A stretch of DNA of 64,000 bases, from contig JAUNIX010000003.1 of assembly GCA_030523275.1 (NCBI GenBank), forward strand, positions 67,452-131,451, read 5' to 3'. Origin of the DNA: Lachnospiraceae bacterium. GTDB taxonomy: Bacteria; Bacillota; Clostridia; Lachnospirales; Lachnospiraceae. Below the pieces are notes generated by a model that saw only the letters and a list, made by a program, of their open reading frames with translations, was not told the DNA's origin and made no database searches. Positions 56,166 to 64,000 of the stretch are shown one piece after another; the stretch's first letter is position 1; each line of letters begins with the position of its first letter. The position numbers were made by a program, and so were the translations under genes.

Positions 56166-56360
56166 ATGGAGAGACTAGGATTAATGGGGAGAATGGGTCT
56201 AGAATTTTTCAAAATAGTTATCTCGTATATGAAAGCAAAAGAAGGTATAGAAGGTATTATTCTTGGGTGTACTGAACTTTCTCTTTTGCTAAACGATATA
56301 GTAAGTCCTGTTCCATGTTTAGATACACGCAAATATATATATCAAAACTATTATAGATGA
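56166..56360 (+). pseudogene. C-terminal fragment of an Asp/Glu racemase family gene
   Basis: GIEGIILGCTELSLLLNDIVSPVPCLDT is a racemase second-Cys motif region. It is only 64 aa with no N-terminal half. Confidence 0.5.
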
Positions 56361-56458
56361 GATATTTAGATAAAATGATTGTAAACTATGAATTACTAAA
56401 TAATACATAGAAGGATTATAAAAGGAAAGTAAATGTATAAATAAGAAATACAGAAGAA

Positions 56459-56725
56459 TTGGCAAAAAGAATCAAAAAAGTATTGATTCCATTTATTATA
56501 TGGGGCATTTTAACAGTTAGAAGTTCAACTATTGGTGCCAAATTAACCCAATGGGATTTCATCGGTTTTGGGATAGGGGTAATTATTTTTATTCCGTTGC
56601 TAATTTGGATGCTAGCAGAAGCGAATAAAGGATATAAAGAAACATGGATGACGAAAGAATTTGAATTTAAATGTCATCGACAATCAATTATATTTAGAAG
56701 GCAAAAAGCTTCATGTAAATTATAA
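56459..56725 (+). CDS. 2-TM membrane protein; may be the N-terminal part of one frameshifted gene with 56661-57215
   Basis: TTG start. The two frames overlap at 56650-56725 around an A-rich stretch. Confidence 0.35.
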   Translation: MAKRIKKVLIPFIIWGILTVRSSTIGAKLTQWDFIGFGIGVIIFIPLLIWMLAEANKGYKETWMTKEFEFKCHRQSIIFRRQKASCKL

Positions 56726-57215
56726 TGAACATAATCAGGAAATATATGTGCATGATTTGGGTGAAAACAAAAATGTATATGTTGCAACCTTTTACGGAAC
56801 AATTAGAGAGCCAAATATAAATGTATTTTTAGCTTATTTAAATGATAATAATGTGAAAATAGAAAAAGAAAGTTATCAAAAAATTAATCGTAAGAATGGG
56901 TCACTTGCTCAATTAGGTATTTCCAGATACAGACGGCAAGAATACTTCGGCCAATCGGTTGATAAGTTGAAAAAGGATAGGGATCTTTCACATTTTATGA
57001 CACGTTTAGCAAATTATGTTCCAACTATGAAATCAGTCGTATGGAGTGTGATATGCAATGATCAATTAATAGCATATTTGATTTCGGACGAATCGGTTCA
57101 GTACAGATTGGAACTTGCAATTCTAGATATACGTGTGTCAAAATTGAAGCCTAAAAAGATTTTTTGTGGATATCATTATGATGACGAATTATGGGGAAAA
57201 TGGTTTAGGTGTTAA
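56661..57215 (+). CDS. hypothetical protein, 184 aa
   Basis: TTG start without a clear RBS, and its frame opens immediately after a stop at 56649-56651. No recognisable motif. Confidence 0.35.
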   Translation: MNLNVIDNQLYLEGKKLHVNYNEHNQEIYVHDLGENKNVYVATFYGTIREPNINVFLAYLNDNNVKIEKESYQKINRKNGSLAQLGISRYRRQEYFGQSVDKLKKDRDLSHFMTRLANYVPTMKSVVWSVICNDQLIAYLISDESVQYRLELAILDIRVSKLKPKKIFCGYHYDDELWGKWFRC

Positions 57216-57337
57216 TGTTTACTATATGATTGATGTAACAAATTGAATTAGAATTATTATGATAGACTATATTTTATGCATGTTTTAGGACTTTTGTTTT
57301 GCCATTTGTCTAAAGGAACAAACTTTAGTACAACATA

Positions 57338-57364
57338 GGCCCTCCGATTTGGAGGGCTGTTTTT
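57338..57364 (+). terminator. intrinsic terminator
   Basis: GGCCCTCC pairs with GGAGGGC, followed by TGTTTTT. Confidence 0.6.
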
Positions 57365-57619
57365 CTGTAAGTCTTGAAATAGCCTTGTTTTATGGGCTTT
57401 CCAGCACTTCTCCGGTTTCTTGGTTCTAAGCTCAAATCCCGGATAGCCGTGGAAATTTCTTGATTTCAACCGTGGCAGCTTCCTTGCCGGATACACGCAC
57501 ACCCCTTAAAGGGTAGTAAGTCGGAGTATAGGAAACGCTAAAAAGTATAAATTTCGGATATAGGTCATAAGAAACATTTTAGCGCCAACCGCTGTACGCT
57601 TGCGGCTGGCGCTTTTTCT

Positions 57620-58120
57620 TTATTCTGTTTCTTCCCGATTGGCCTGATAGTAATAGCCATGGCCGGTTTTCTCGTCGTCAAAGGTAAATTCGCATATCTC
57701 GTTATACATGGAGCCGTCCCAATTAAGGATGAAGGTCTGCGTGTCATACGCAAAGAATTTACAGATTTCAGACTTGCAAGGCGCGTTGGCTCCTCTTTCC
57801 GTCCAGTCATAGCGGCAAAGCTCAGTTTCCTCATATTCTTCAAACTCGTCCGTGTAATAGTATCTGGTGAATCCCTTTTCTGTTTGATAGCTTGCAAGTT
57901 TGCGGCGGAGCTTTGTAACTGTCCGATACTCGGCTGAGTGGCATTTCTTTTCTCCGTCGATTACAGAATAATTGTAACTGCTCTCCGATAAAGGCTTCTC
58001 AAAAGTTTCCCGGTCTATTTCTATATAGATACCTTTCTTCTCGCATTGCTGGCGGACGTACCGGAGGAATTGCGCGAGGGTTACATTGTTACGTTCAATT
58101 TCAATACTATAATTAGCCAT
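57620..58120 (-). CDS. conjugative-element-type hypothetical protein (Cys/Tyr-rich)
   Basis: ATG at 58120 after GAGGAGG gives MANYSIEIERNNVTLAQFLRYVRQQCEKKG... Confidence 0.55.
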   Translation of the reverse strand: MANYSIEIERNNVTLAQFLRYVRQQCEKKGIYIEIDRETFEKPLSESSYNYSVIDGEKKCHSAEYRTVTKLRRKLASYQTEKGFTRYYYTDEFEEYEETELCRYDWTERGANAPCKSEICKFFAYDTQTFILNWDGSMYNEICEFTFDDEKTGHGYYYQANREETE

Positions 58121-58152
58121 GGTGTGGGCCTCCTCAAAATTATGTTTTATTT

Positions 58153-58196
58153 CTGTGAGTGACAGCTTACACACCACCGGTCAAAAAGCAAGCTCT
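58153..58196 (-). promoter_or_regulatory. repeated promoter-like element, copy 3
   Basis: Minus strand reads AGAGCTTGCTTTTTGACCGGTGGTGTGTAAGCTGTCACTCACAG, upstream of 57620-58120. Confidence 0.5.
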
Positions 58197-58275
58197 AAAA
58201 TGCTTAAAACATATCTTTATTTTTGAATATCCGGGCAGCAAAAAGCCCCGCCGAAGCGGGGCTGCTGTGGCTGTA

Positions 58276-58938
58276 TTATGCTGCGGTAAAGCCCTGTGCA
58301 GCGAGGGCCTCTACTAATGCTTTGTTTTCTTTGCCGGTGAGGGTGCCGTCCCTGCCGATGGTGTATTCTTCTACCACGAAGGCATAAGTCGGAGCTTTCA
58401 TGTACTTAGGTTTTGCGCCGATGAAGTCACCTACTGCCGCCGCCAGCTCTTTTCTGCGCGGGCCGGTTACATTGTAGAGAATTTCCATGGTGGCAAGTTC
58501 CTCGGCAGGTTCGGCGTTTACTTCCTCTGTCGTTTCTGCCTCTGGCATGGTCTTCTCGGTCTTGACCGGAGCTGCAAATATCGGAGTTTCCGGGATGATT
58601 GCCAGTGCCGTTTCCTCATGGGCTGGAATTGCGTCTGGCGTTTCCGGGGTTTCATTTACCGGAGCTGCTTCGCGTTCGATCTTTGCGGCTGCCTTCGCTG
58701 CGCGGGTTACTCTGGTTCTTGCTTCCGGGAAAACCTCCGGAAGTACACCCGGTTCATAATGGATTTCAAAGGTGATTTTGCCGTCCATGTGTACGTTGAA
58801 ATGGAAGTCGGTCATTTCTACCTCTTTGAGCATATCCGGCAGCTCAATGTTCTTGTATCTCTTAACTTCCTTACCCTCTACCATGAGACAAACCGGAACC
58901 GCGTCCCTCAATTTTGCTGTGATTCTTCCTGTTTTCAT
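58276..58938 (-). CDS. conjugative-element-type hypothetical protein with an Ala/Pro/Glu-rich linker
   Basis: ATG at 58938 after GAAAGGTGGA gives MKTGRITAKLRDAVPVCLMVEGKEV... The ORF-track start at 59037 is an extension. Confidence 0.55.
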   Translation of the reverse strand: MKTGRITAKLRDAVPVCLMVEGKEVKRYKNIELPDMLKEVEMTDFHFNVHMDGKITFEIHYEPGVLPEVFPEARTRVTRAAKAAAKIEREAAPVNETPETPDAIPAHEETALAIIPETPIFAAPVKTEKTMPEAETTEEVNAEPAEELATMEILYNVTGPRRKELAAAVGDFIGAKPKYMKAPTYAFVVEEYTIGRDGTLTGKENKALVEALAAQGFTAA

Positions 58939-58986
58939 AATGTTTTCCACCTTTCGTATTTTGTTATTTTTTACTGGCTGCTTGCC

Positions 58987-59028
58987 TTGTGAGTGACAGC
59001 TTACGCATTTTTGGTGTGAAAGCAAGCC
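58987..59028 (-). promoter_or_regulatory. repeated promoter-like element, copy 2
   Basis: Minus strand reads GGCTTGCTTTCACACCAAAAATGCGTAAGCTGTCACTCACAA. Confidence 0.5.
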
Positions 59029-59119
59029 TTTTTTCAAAGAAATTTCTCTTTTTTCACCGGTATAAAAACAATCAAAAAAGCCAGCCGTGGCGGTTCGGCT
59101 GGCCGGTGGTATTGGTATT

Positions 59120-59731
59120 TTATGCCCGCTCGAATGGTTCTCCGCAATCCCCGCAGATTACATTGACCTCGCGCGTTGCCCGGATAATAGTACCGCAGCA
59201 GGGGCAGACATATTTTATGCTGCGGTTAATGGATTTCTTACTGCCGCCCTTGGAGCCACCTTCTATCGGCAGGCGGCTGGCATGGATACCGGCCTCACCC
59301 AAGGTTTTCTTGATCCAAGCCTCTGCCTCCGGGGCCAGTGTTGTTACCGTCCAGCCGTACTTGGCGTGTTTCTCAATATGAAGGCCGTGGGCCTCGGCGG
59401 TGGCCTTAAACTTCATATTGTGATAATAGCCATTGTTGCTTACGTCTTGAATATCATGTTCCAGATTGTAGAGATGGGCCATTTCATGTAAAAGAGTTGC
59501 GGCCAGCTCAAAGATGGGGCGGTCAAGGTACTCTGCGCAAAGGTTGATTTCCCGATACAGCTCATTGTCTGCGTTCCAGATTTCATGGATACTGCACCAA
59601 CCATAAGCGCCGCGCCCTCCGTCCGGGGATACGGTGATCGCCGGGCGGGTTAATTCGTTATTATAAAAATGCTCATTGAACAGATCGAACATTTCCTCGG
59701 TTTTCTTTACGATTTCAGATATTTGTAGCAT
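59120..59731 (-). CDS. SprT-like zinc metallopeptidase domain protein with a C-terminal zinc ribbon
   Basis: ATG at 59731 after AAGGAGG gives MLQISEIVKK... HEMAH motif, plus CPCCG...CGDCG at the C-terminus. Confidence 0.7.
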   Translation of the reverse strand: MLQISEIVKKTEEMFDLFNEHFYNNELTRPAITVSPDGGRGAYGWCSIHEIWNADNELYREINLCAEYLDRPIFELAATLLHEMAHLYNLEHDIQDVSNNGYYHNMKFKATAEAHGLHIEKHAKYGWTVTTLAPEAEAWIKKTLGEAGIHASRLPIEGGSKGGSKKSINRSIKYVCPCCGTIIRATREVNVICGDCGEPFERA

Positions 59732-59763
59732 AGCTGTGTCCTCCTTAAAATTATATTTTAATT

Positions 59764-59806
59764 CTGTGTGACACAGCTTACATATTTTCGGTGTGAAAGC
59801 AAGCTC
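59764..59806 (-). promoter_or_regulatory. repeated promoter-like element, copy 1
   Basis: Minus strand reads AGAGCTTGCTTTCACACCGAAAATATGTAAGCTGTGTCACACAG. Confidence 0.5.
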
Positions 59807-59888
59807 TAATGATACTTTTTTAATAATAGCAGTAGTTTGACAGAAATTGAGGAAAAAGAAGAAGCCGGACGAATGGTTGTAGTATGAG

Positions 59889-60056
59889 TTACGAGGTTGG
59901 AAACGGAAGGGCGTATTGAGTGGTTGTGCTGGTATCCAAATGTCTGGGGATACGGGCAAGCTGCTCTCTGGTCATGCCTTGCGCTTTGCGGACGGCTTTG
60001 GGTGCTTGTCCTATCGGCTTGAAAACAAAGACAAAATCATTATTTCTTTTATCCAT
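59889..60056 (-). CDS. 55-aa XRE-like N-terminal HTH fragment or micro-protein
   Basis: Below the ORF cutoff. AGGTGG RBS. MDKRNNDFVFVFKPIGQAPKAVRKAQGMTREQLARIPRHL... The C-terminus does not continue as a normal HTH. Confidence 0.35.
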   Translation of the reverse strand: MDKRNNDFVFVFKPIGQAPKAVRKAQGMTREQLARIPRHLDTSTTTQYALPFPTS

Positions 60057-60160
60057 AAGCTACCACCTGCTCTCTGAAAATCCTACCCATATATTTTACA
60101 GATTTTTGTGAACTATTGTTGATTTTACTTGAGTTTTCCCAACCATTATGATAAAATAAC

Positions 60161-60179
60161 TACCGACAGATTGTCGGTA
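60161..60179. promoter_or_regulatory. palindromic operator TACCGACAGATTGTCGGTA upstream of tetR
   Basis: 8-bp arms TACCGACA/TGTCGGTA, located 19 nt before the TetR ORF. Confidence 0.55.
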
Positions 60180-60197
60180 ATGTAAGTACAGTATGGG

Positions 60198-60845
60198 ATG
60201 GTGAAAATGATGCGGATTGTCAAGGAAGCTGAAGAACGAAAAAATGAGATTTTGGATGTAGCCGAACGGTTGTTTGTAGCAAAGGGATTTGACAATACCA
60301 GTACAAATGATATTTTGAGTGAGATTGGGATTGCAAGAGGCACTTTGTATTATCACTTTAAGTCAAAAACAGATATTTTGGATGCCATGATTGAACGAAT
60401 ATCGAAGCAACTTATAGAAAAGGCAACAAATATTTTTAATAAAAAGGATATTCCCGTATTGCAGCGGCTTACAATGATGATGGTAGCGTTAAATGTGGAC
60501 GGAAGCCTCGGACAGGAAGTTATGGAGCAAGTCCATAGACCGCAAAATGCATTGTTGCATCAGAAAATGCGGGATGGGCTGTTGACGGGAATCACTCCGT
60601 TAATTACAGGGTTAATTGAGGAGGGCATGGAACAGGGAATTTGCCAGACCGATTATCCGACAGAGGTGGCAGAGATGACTTTTTTGTATTCTATTACTGC
60701 ATTTGATACACTTTCAAATCATAGCGAAGAAGCCAAGAACAAAAAAATAATTGCCTTTATCAGCAATTTGGAGCGTTTATTGGAAATGGAGTCTGGAAGT
60801 ATGCAGACTGCTATTCTTCCAATTTTCCAAAAGAACAATTTATAA
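60198..60845 (+). CDS. TetR/AcrR family transcriptional regulator
   Basis: ERKNEILDVAERLFVAKGFDNTSTNDILSEIGIARGTLYYHF. The start may be 60207 or 60210. Confidence 0.85.
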   Translation: MVKMMRIVKEAEERKNEILDVAERLFVAKGFDNTSTNDILSEIGIARGTLYYHFKSKTDILDAMIERISKQLIEKATNIFNKKDIPVLQRLTMMMVALNVDGSLGQEVMEQVHRPQNALLHQKMRDGLLTGITPLITGLIEEGMEQGICQTDYPTEVAEMTFLYSITAFDTLSNHSEEAKNKKIIAFISNLERLLEMESGSMQTAILPIFQKNNL

Positions 60846-60890
60846 CACCATATACAAAGGAACAGCCATGTTCCTTTGCTTTATAGCACA

Positions 60891-60915
60891 TTACCGACAG
60901 GTAGCCAGTCGGTAA
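60891..60915. promoter_or_regulatory. second TACCGAC-type palindrome (TTACCGACAGGTAGCCAGTCGGTAA)
   Basis: Same half-site as 60161-60179 with a 9-nt spacer. Lies between the tetR terminator and the next operon. Confidence 0.45.
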
Positions 60916-61027
60916 GCGAATATTGCCACGCAAAGTAGCGGAAAAATCCGAAATGTAATCTCTGCTTGCTTGTAATGCAAAACACACTTTCCTATACTGG
61001 GCATATCAAAACGAGGAGGTCAAGAAC

Positions 61028-61903
61028 ATGACATTTGCAGAGAAATTAAAAAATATCCGCAAGCAGGCAGGTATGTCACAGGAGCAGTTGGCGGAAAAAC
61101 TTGGCGTGTCAAGACAGGCAGTTACGAAGTGGGAAACGGATGCAGGTATCCCTGACATTGAAAATATCATGGCGATTTCTACCCTGTTCGATATTTCCAT
61201 TGACGAGCTGCTTTCTAAAGAAAAGGGAAGGAAGAAGCCGGCAGATTATCTTTTTGAAAGTGTTACGGAGTACGATATTGACGAGCCGAAACGTTATGAT
61301 ATGAAATTTGGCGGTGCAAAACAATTTGTACTGTCTGGTTATGAGGGAGAGAAAATCCGTGTTCGCCTGGCATCGAATACCCTCTCCACGCTTCAAAGCG
61401 ACTTTAAAGTCAAGATTGACGACATCCGCAAACGGATTGATGTGGATGTAAACCGCAGGAATGGCATATCTGAAGCAATGGCAAAGGAAGCAGTCTGTAT
61501 TTTCGTCCAAGTCCCCTCGCCGTATATCGGCAAGATGGAATGTGCGGTTAGTGCAGAAACCGTGGAAATTCGTTCTTTGGAGTGCGACAACATAGAACTT
61601 GATGTAAAGGCGCCTGAAATCGTTATGGATAATGTATCTGGTACGGTTGAAGTAAATTGTAACCTTGATATGGAGGTAGTCTGCTGCTCCTTAAATGGAG
61701 AAGTGGCAATTAACCAAGTGTCGGCAACCTCAAGAATCCATATTCCAGAGGATACCATTTTTACTGCTGTAACAAAAGGTATCGGAACAAGCATCTCTTA
61801 TGAGAAAGACGGACGGCAGACGGAACGGTTTGACACGCCCGATGCGGAGAATATCATCGAGCTGAATGGCATAAAAAGCGAGCTTGTAATCTGCACGGAC
61901 TAA
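61028..61903 (+). CDS. XRE-type HTH fused to a ~220-aa beta-rich C-terminal domain
   Basis: FAEKLKNIRKQAGMSQEQLAEKLGVSRQAVTKWE. The C-terminal domain is unassigned by eye. Confidence 0.7.
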   Translation: MTFAEKLKNIRKQAGMSQEQLAEKLGVSRQAVTKWETDAGIPDIENIMAISTLFDISIDELLSKEKGRKKPADYLFESVTEYDIDEPKRYDMKFGGAKQFVLSGYEGEKIRVRLASNTLSTLQSDFKVKIDDIRKRIDVDVNRRNGISEAMAKEAVCIFVQVPSPYIGKMECAVSAETVEIRSLECDNIELDVKAPEIVMDNVSGTVEVNCNLDMEVVCCSLNGEVAINQVSATSRIHIPEDTIFTAVTKGIGTSISYEKDGRQTERFDTPDAENIIELNGIKSELVICTD

Positions 61904-61919
61904 GAAAGGAGCTAATACA

Positions 61920-62732
61920 TTGAAAACAAATTATCTAAAAAAATATATCATCAGCTCCTATATCCTTGTCTGGATGCTCATTATTTTTGTGGCAGGAACG
62001 GCAAGTCTGGTTTTTCATGCGCCGCCCGTTATTATGTGGATTGTCCGCAACCTTATCGCATGGTCTCCTACCTATCTACTCTTGATTGGATGGAAGTATT
62101 TCAGACCCGATGAAACAAGGACAGCTTTTGTGAGGCGGTGCTTTTCTGGCAAAGTAAAGCTACTCCCTCTGCTGTTATCCTTTGCCCTGACCTTTGGAAT
62201 CAGCGTATTGTCGCTGTTTATCTTCTCTATTATGACTGGAAAGCCGATGCTGTCCTATATCAATCTGGGAACGACAGCGTTACCACTTAGTATTTTTCTC
62301 TCCTTTACTTCAGGACCGACAGGAGAAGAATTGGGATGGCGTGGTTTTATGCGGGAGGAATTTAACAGAAAGTACGGTTTCCTAAAATCCTCGGTTTGTC
62401 AAGGCTTGGTGTGGTGCTTTTGGCATACTCTTTTATGGGTTGTGGACTCGGAGTTTACCGATTGGAGGGCGATCCCCTATGTCATTTCCAATATTGTCGT
62501 CATTACATCAATTACCGTGCTGATGAACATTTTTCTGGAACGGCATAACAATCTGCTTTACTCGGTATTGCTGCACTTTGGCTTCAATATCCTGTATGTC
62601 TTTTTGGATGCGGATATAGGTTTCTTTGTAATTTTGACCGTTTTGTATCTGGTAATCACACCGATTGCCATATTGTTAAGGAATAAGACTGTCGAAAATA
62701 ATGATAGCGGAGAAAGGAAAATAAAAGAATGA
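61920..62732 (+). CDS. CPBP family intramembrane glutamic endopeptidase (CAAX protease/Abi fold)
   Basis: GPTGEELGWRGF (EExxxR motif), FWHT, and LLHFGFN (second His motif). TTG start 9 nt after AAAGGAG. Confidence 0.75.
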   Translation: MKTNYLKKYIISSYILVWMLIIFVAGTASLVFHAPPVIMWIVRNLIAWSPTYLLLIGWKYFRPDETRTAFVRRCFSGKVKLLPLLLSFALTFGISVLSLFIFSIMTGKPMLSYINLGTTALPLSIFLSFTSGPTGEELGWRGFMREEFNRKYGFLKSSVCQGLVWCFWHTLLWVVDSEFTDWRAIPYVISNIVVITSITVLMNIFLERHNNLLYSVLLHFGFNILYVFLDADIGFFVILTVLYLVITPIAILLRNKTVENNDSGERKIKE

Positions 62733-63250
62733 GCAATTTAGAGAAAATCCAAAAAGGAATGAGGGTGTTACAGATACTCTCGAAAATTATTCTGATATTT
62801 GCCATCGTGGGGGTAGCCTTAACATCCATCGGAGCAAGTCTTGTGGCATGGGATGTGTTAAATACGGAAAATCAGTTCCTTCATTTTTTGTCGGTTACGG
62901 CAGAAATGAGCAAAGGACAGGTTGTAGGCACTTTGATTGCTGCGGCTGTATCCCTTCTGTTTGGAGCTATCCTCACTGAGTACGCCTACCGCTATTTTAC
63001 GGCGGAATTGAAAGCGGGTACACCATTTACAAATGCAGGCGCAGACAGGATAAAGCAGCTTGGAATTATGGAGATTGCGTTATCTGTCATATCTATGGCG
63101 ATTGTGGATGGTATCTATGAGAAAATTGGTTTGACAGGATGGAACAGATTTGATGATGCAGGCGGCATTACGGTTGGAATCTGCCTAATCCTGCTTGCTG
63201 CGGTTATCCATTACGGTGCGGAACTGGAACAAAAGGCGAGGACGAAATAA
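62729..63250 (+). CDS. 4-TM membrane protein of unknown function
   Basis: ATGA overlap with the upstream gene; hydrophobic segments seen by eye. Confidence 0.5.
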   Translation: MSNLEKIQKGMRVLQILSKIILIFAIVGVALTSIGASLVAWDVLNTENQFLHFLSVTAEMSKGQVVGTLIAAAVSLLFGAILTEYAYRYFTAELKAGTPFTNAGADRIKQLGIMEIALSVISMAIVDGIYEKIGLTGWNRFDDAGGITVGICLILLAAVIHYGAELEQKARTK

Positions 63251-63264
63251 GGCGGGAGGTTTCT

Positions 63265-63440
63265 ATGGAAAAAAGCGAATGGATACGCTGCCCTGTCTGC
63301 GGCAACAAAACAAGGTTGCAGATACGGAACTGAAAAACTTCCCTCTTTTCTGCTCGAAGTGCAAGCAGGAAAGTTTGATTGAAGCAAAGGATTTACAGGT
63401 AACAGTCGTTGATAAATGTTTACGGAGAAATGAAAGATGA
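63265..63440 (+). pseudogene. cysteine-rich KTR-type zinc-ribbon protein, frameshifted
   Basis: MEKSEWIRCPVCGNKTRLQIRN* (stop at 63331-63333) continues in another frame as DTELKNFPLFCSKCKQESLIEAKDLQV. The junction is at the repeated GATACGG near 63319-63327. Confidence 0.55.
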
Positions 63441-63601
63441 GCAATAAAAGCAAATTGATTAGTATTGGCGTTATCATATATATTATTTTGAACTCTGTCG
63501 GTAGGTTTGTTATTGACATTCCGAATATTATATATATTCCGATAGCAATACTTGGCATTATTATGATTTTGGTTGGAGCATTTTTTGAGAAAAGAAAATA
63601 A
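63437..63601 (+). CDS. 54-aa 2-TM micro-protein
   Basis: MSNKSKLISIGVIIYIILNSVGRFVIDIPNIIYIPIAILGIIMILVGAFFEKRK. The ATG overlaps the upstream stop. Below the ORF cutoff. Confidence 0.35.
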   Translation: MSNKSKLISIGVIIYIILNSVGRFVIDIPNIIYIPIAILGIIMILVGAFFEKRK

Positions 63602-63669
63602 TAATTTGAAGCAAAACCGCAGAGTTGATTAACAAAGCGACAAATCGGACTTTGGAGGGGAAAATAATA

Positions 63670-64000
63670 ATGTCAAGATTGGAAGTAAACATAGAACATA
63701 TTGAACAACAAACAATATATGGATTATGGCAAAAGTCAAATGATAAAACTATTTCCAGAGATATAAATGCTCTGTCTAAACAGTATCATTCCATGGTTTC
63801 CATGCCAGAGGGAAAGGTGTTACCCTATTTTGTCTTGTCCAGAAATTACAATGAGCAAAGCCGCGATTTTGAATTATTTATTGGCAGTGTGGTTGATAAA
63901 GACGGTTTAGAAAGTTACATCCTTTTAGCCAGCGAGTACGCCAGAATCACAGTAAAACCTAAATTGGGCTTTTTGTGGGGTGCTTCTATTGGAGAAGCAA
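63670..64000 (+). CDS. GyrI-like/AraC effector-binding-domain protein, N-terminal part (runs off the window)
   Basis: GGAGGGG RBS. MSRLEVNIEHIEQQTIYGLWQKSNDKTI...YARITVKP. Confidence 0.5.
   Translation, partial: MSRLEVNIEHIEQQTIYGLWQKSNDKTISRDINALSKQYHSMVSMPEGKVLPYFVLSRNYNEQSRDFELFIGSVVDKDGLESYILLASEYARITVKPKLGFLWGASIGEA

Noticed and set aside
57257-57560. Possible group II intron or ncRNA fragment (GTGCGTG... on the minus strand, several short helices) and an 81-aa ORF at 57257-57502.
   Set aside because: I could not trace domain V/VI or any reverse-transcriptase remnant. The ORF has no RBS and spans two terminators. This is best treated as junction debris between two acquisitions.
58487-59491. 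Plus-strand ORFs of 74-134 aa opposite the GC-rich conjugative-element genes.
   Set aside because: High GC content lengthens random antisense ORFs. They lack RBSs and overlap minus-strand genes that have good starts and recognisable motifs (HEMAH).

Overview
Low-GC Firmicutes chromosome segment. It looks Clostridia/Lachnospiraceae-like, but that is inferred only from composition, gene content and Shine-Dalgarno usage. All calls come from reading the ORF translations and the DNA by eye; no searches were run.

Nt 1-45,100 is ordinary chromosome packed with accessory operons:
- the end of cysDN
- a four-component HcnABC/opine-oxidase-like flavo-FeS dehydrogenase with an ornithine-cyclodeaminase-family gene, an AraC regulator and a P-II + APC permease pair
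- an Mtl-family PTS polyol locus (SDR, hexulose-phosphate epimerase, 6-phospho-3-hexuloisomerase, DeoR)
- an OpuC-type ABC transporter
- a micro-ORF followed by vanZ
- two ECF sigma/anti-sigma modules
- an orphan LanFEG-type immunity ABC transporter with its two-component system
- hipBA, ldh, an ECF S-component with a class V aminotransferase, a GntR sugar operon, and guaA

Nt 45,100-64,000 is a composite genomic island at the 3' end of guaA.
- Copies of an att-like doublet derived from the guaA terminus bound a ~9.4 kb element. Its integrase and RepA-like ATPase are inactivated, while an XRE regulator plus a fused ABC-ATPase/DUF4435-Toprim (PARIS/OLD-like) gene remain intact.
- The same doublets bound a ~1 kb mini-cassette encoding two paralogous membrane proteins.
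- To the right lie an IS200 fragment and a racemase fragment, then a visibly GC-richer conjugative-element fragment in which a ~45-nt promoter-like element recurs before three consecutive genes.
- A TetR/XRE/CPBP cargo module follows.

A family of hairpin-rich intergenic repeats is scattered through the core part. No rRNA, tRNA or CRISPR array was seen.

The best candidates for something new are:
- the XRE + ABC-Toprim pair retained in a dead element
- the att-bounded membrane-protein cassette with its conserved micro-ORF leader
- the opine-oxidase-like/OCD/P-II-APC locus
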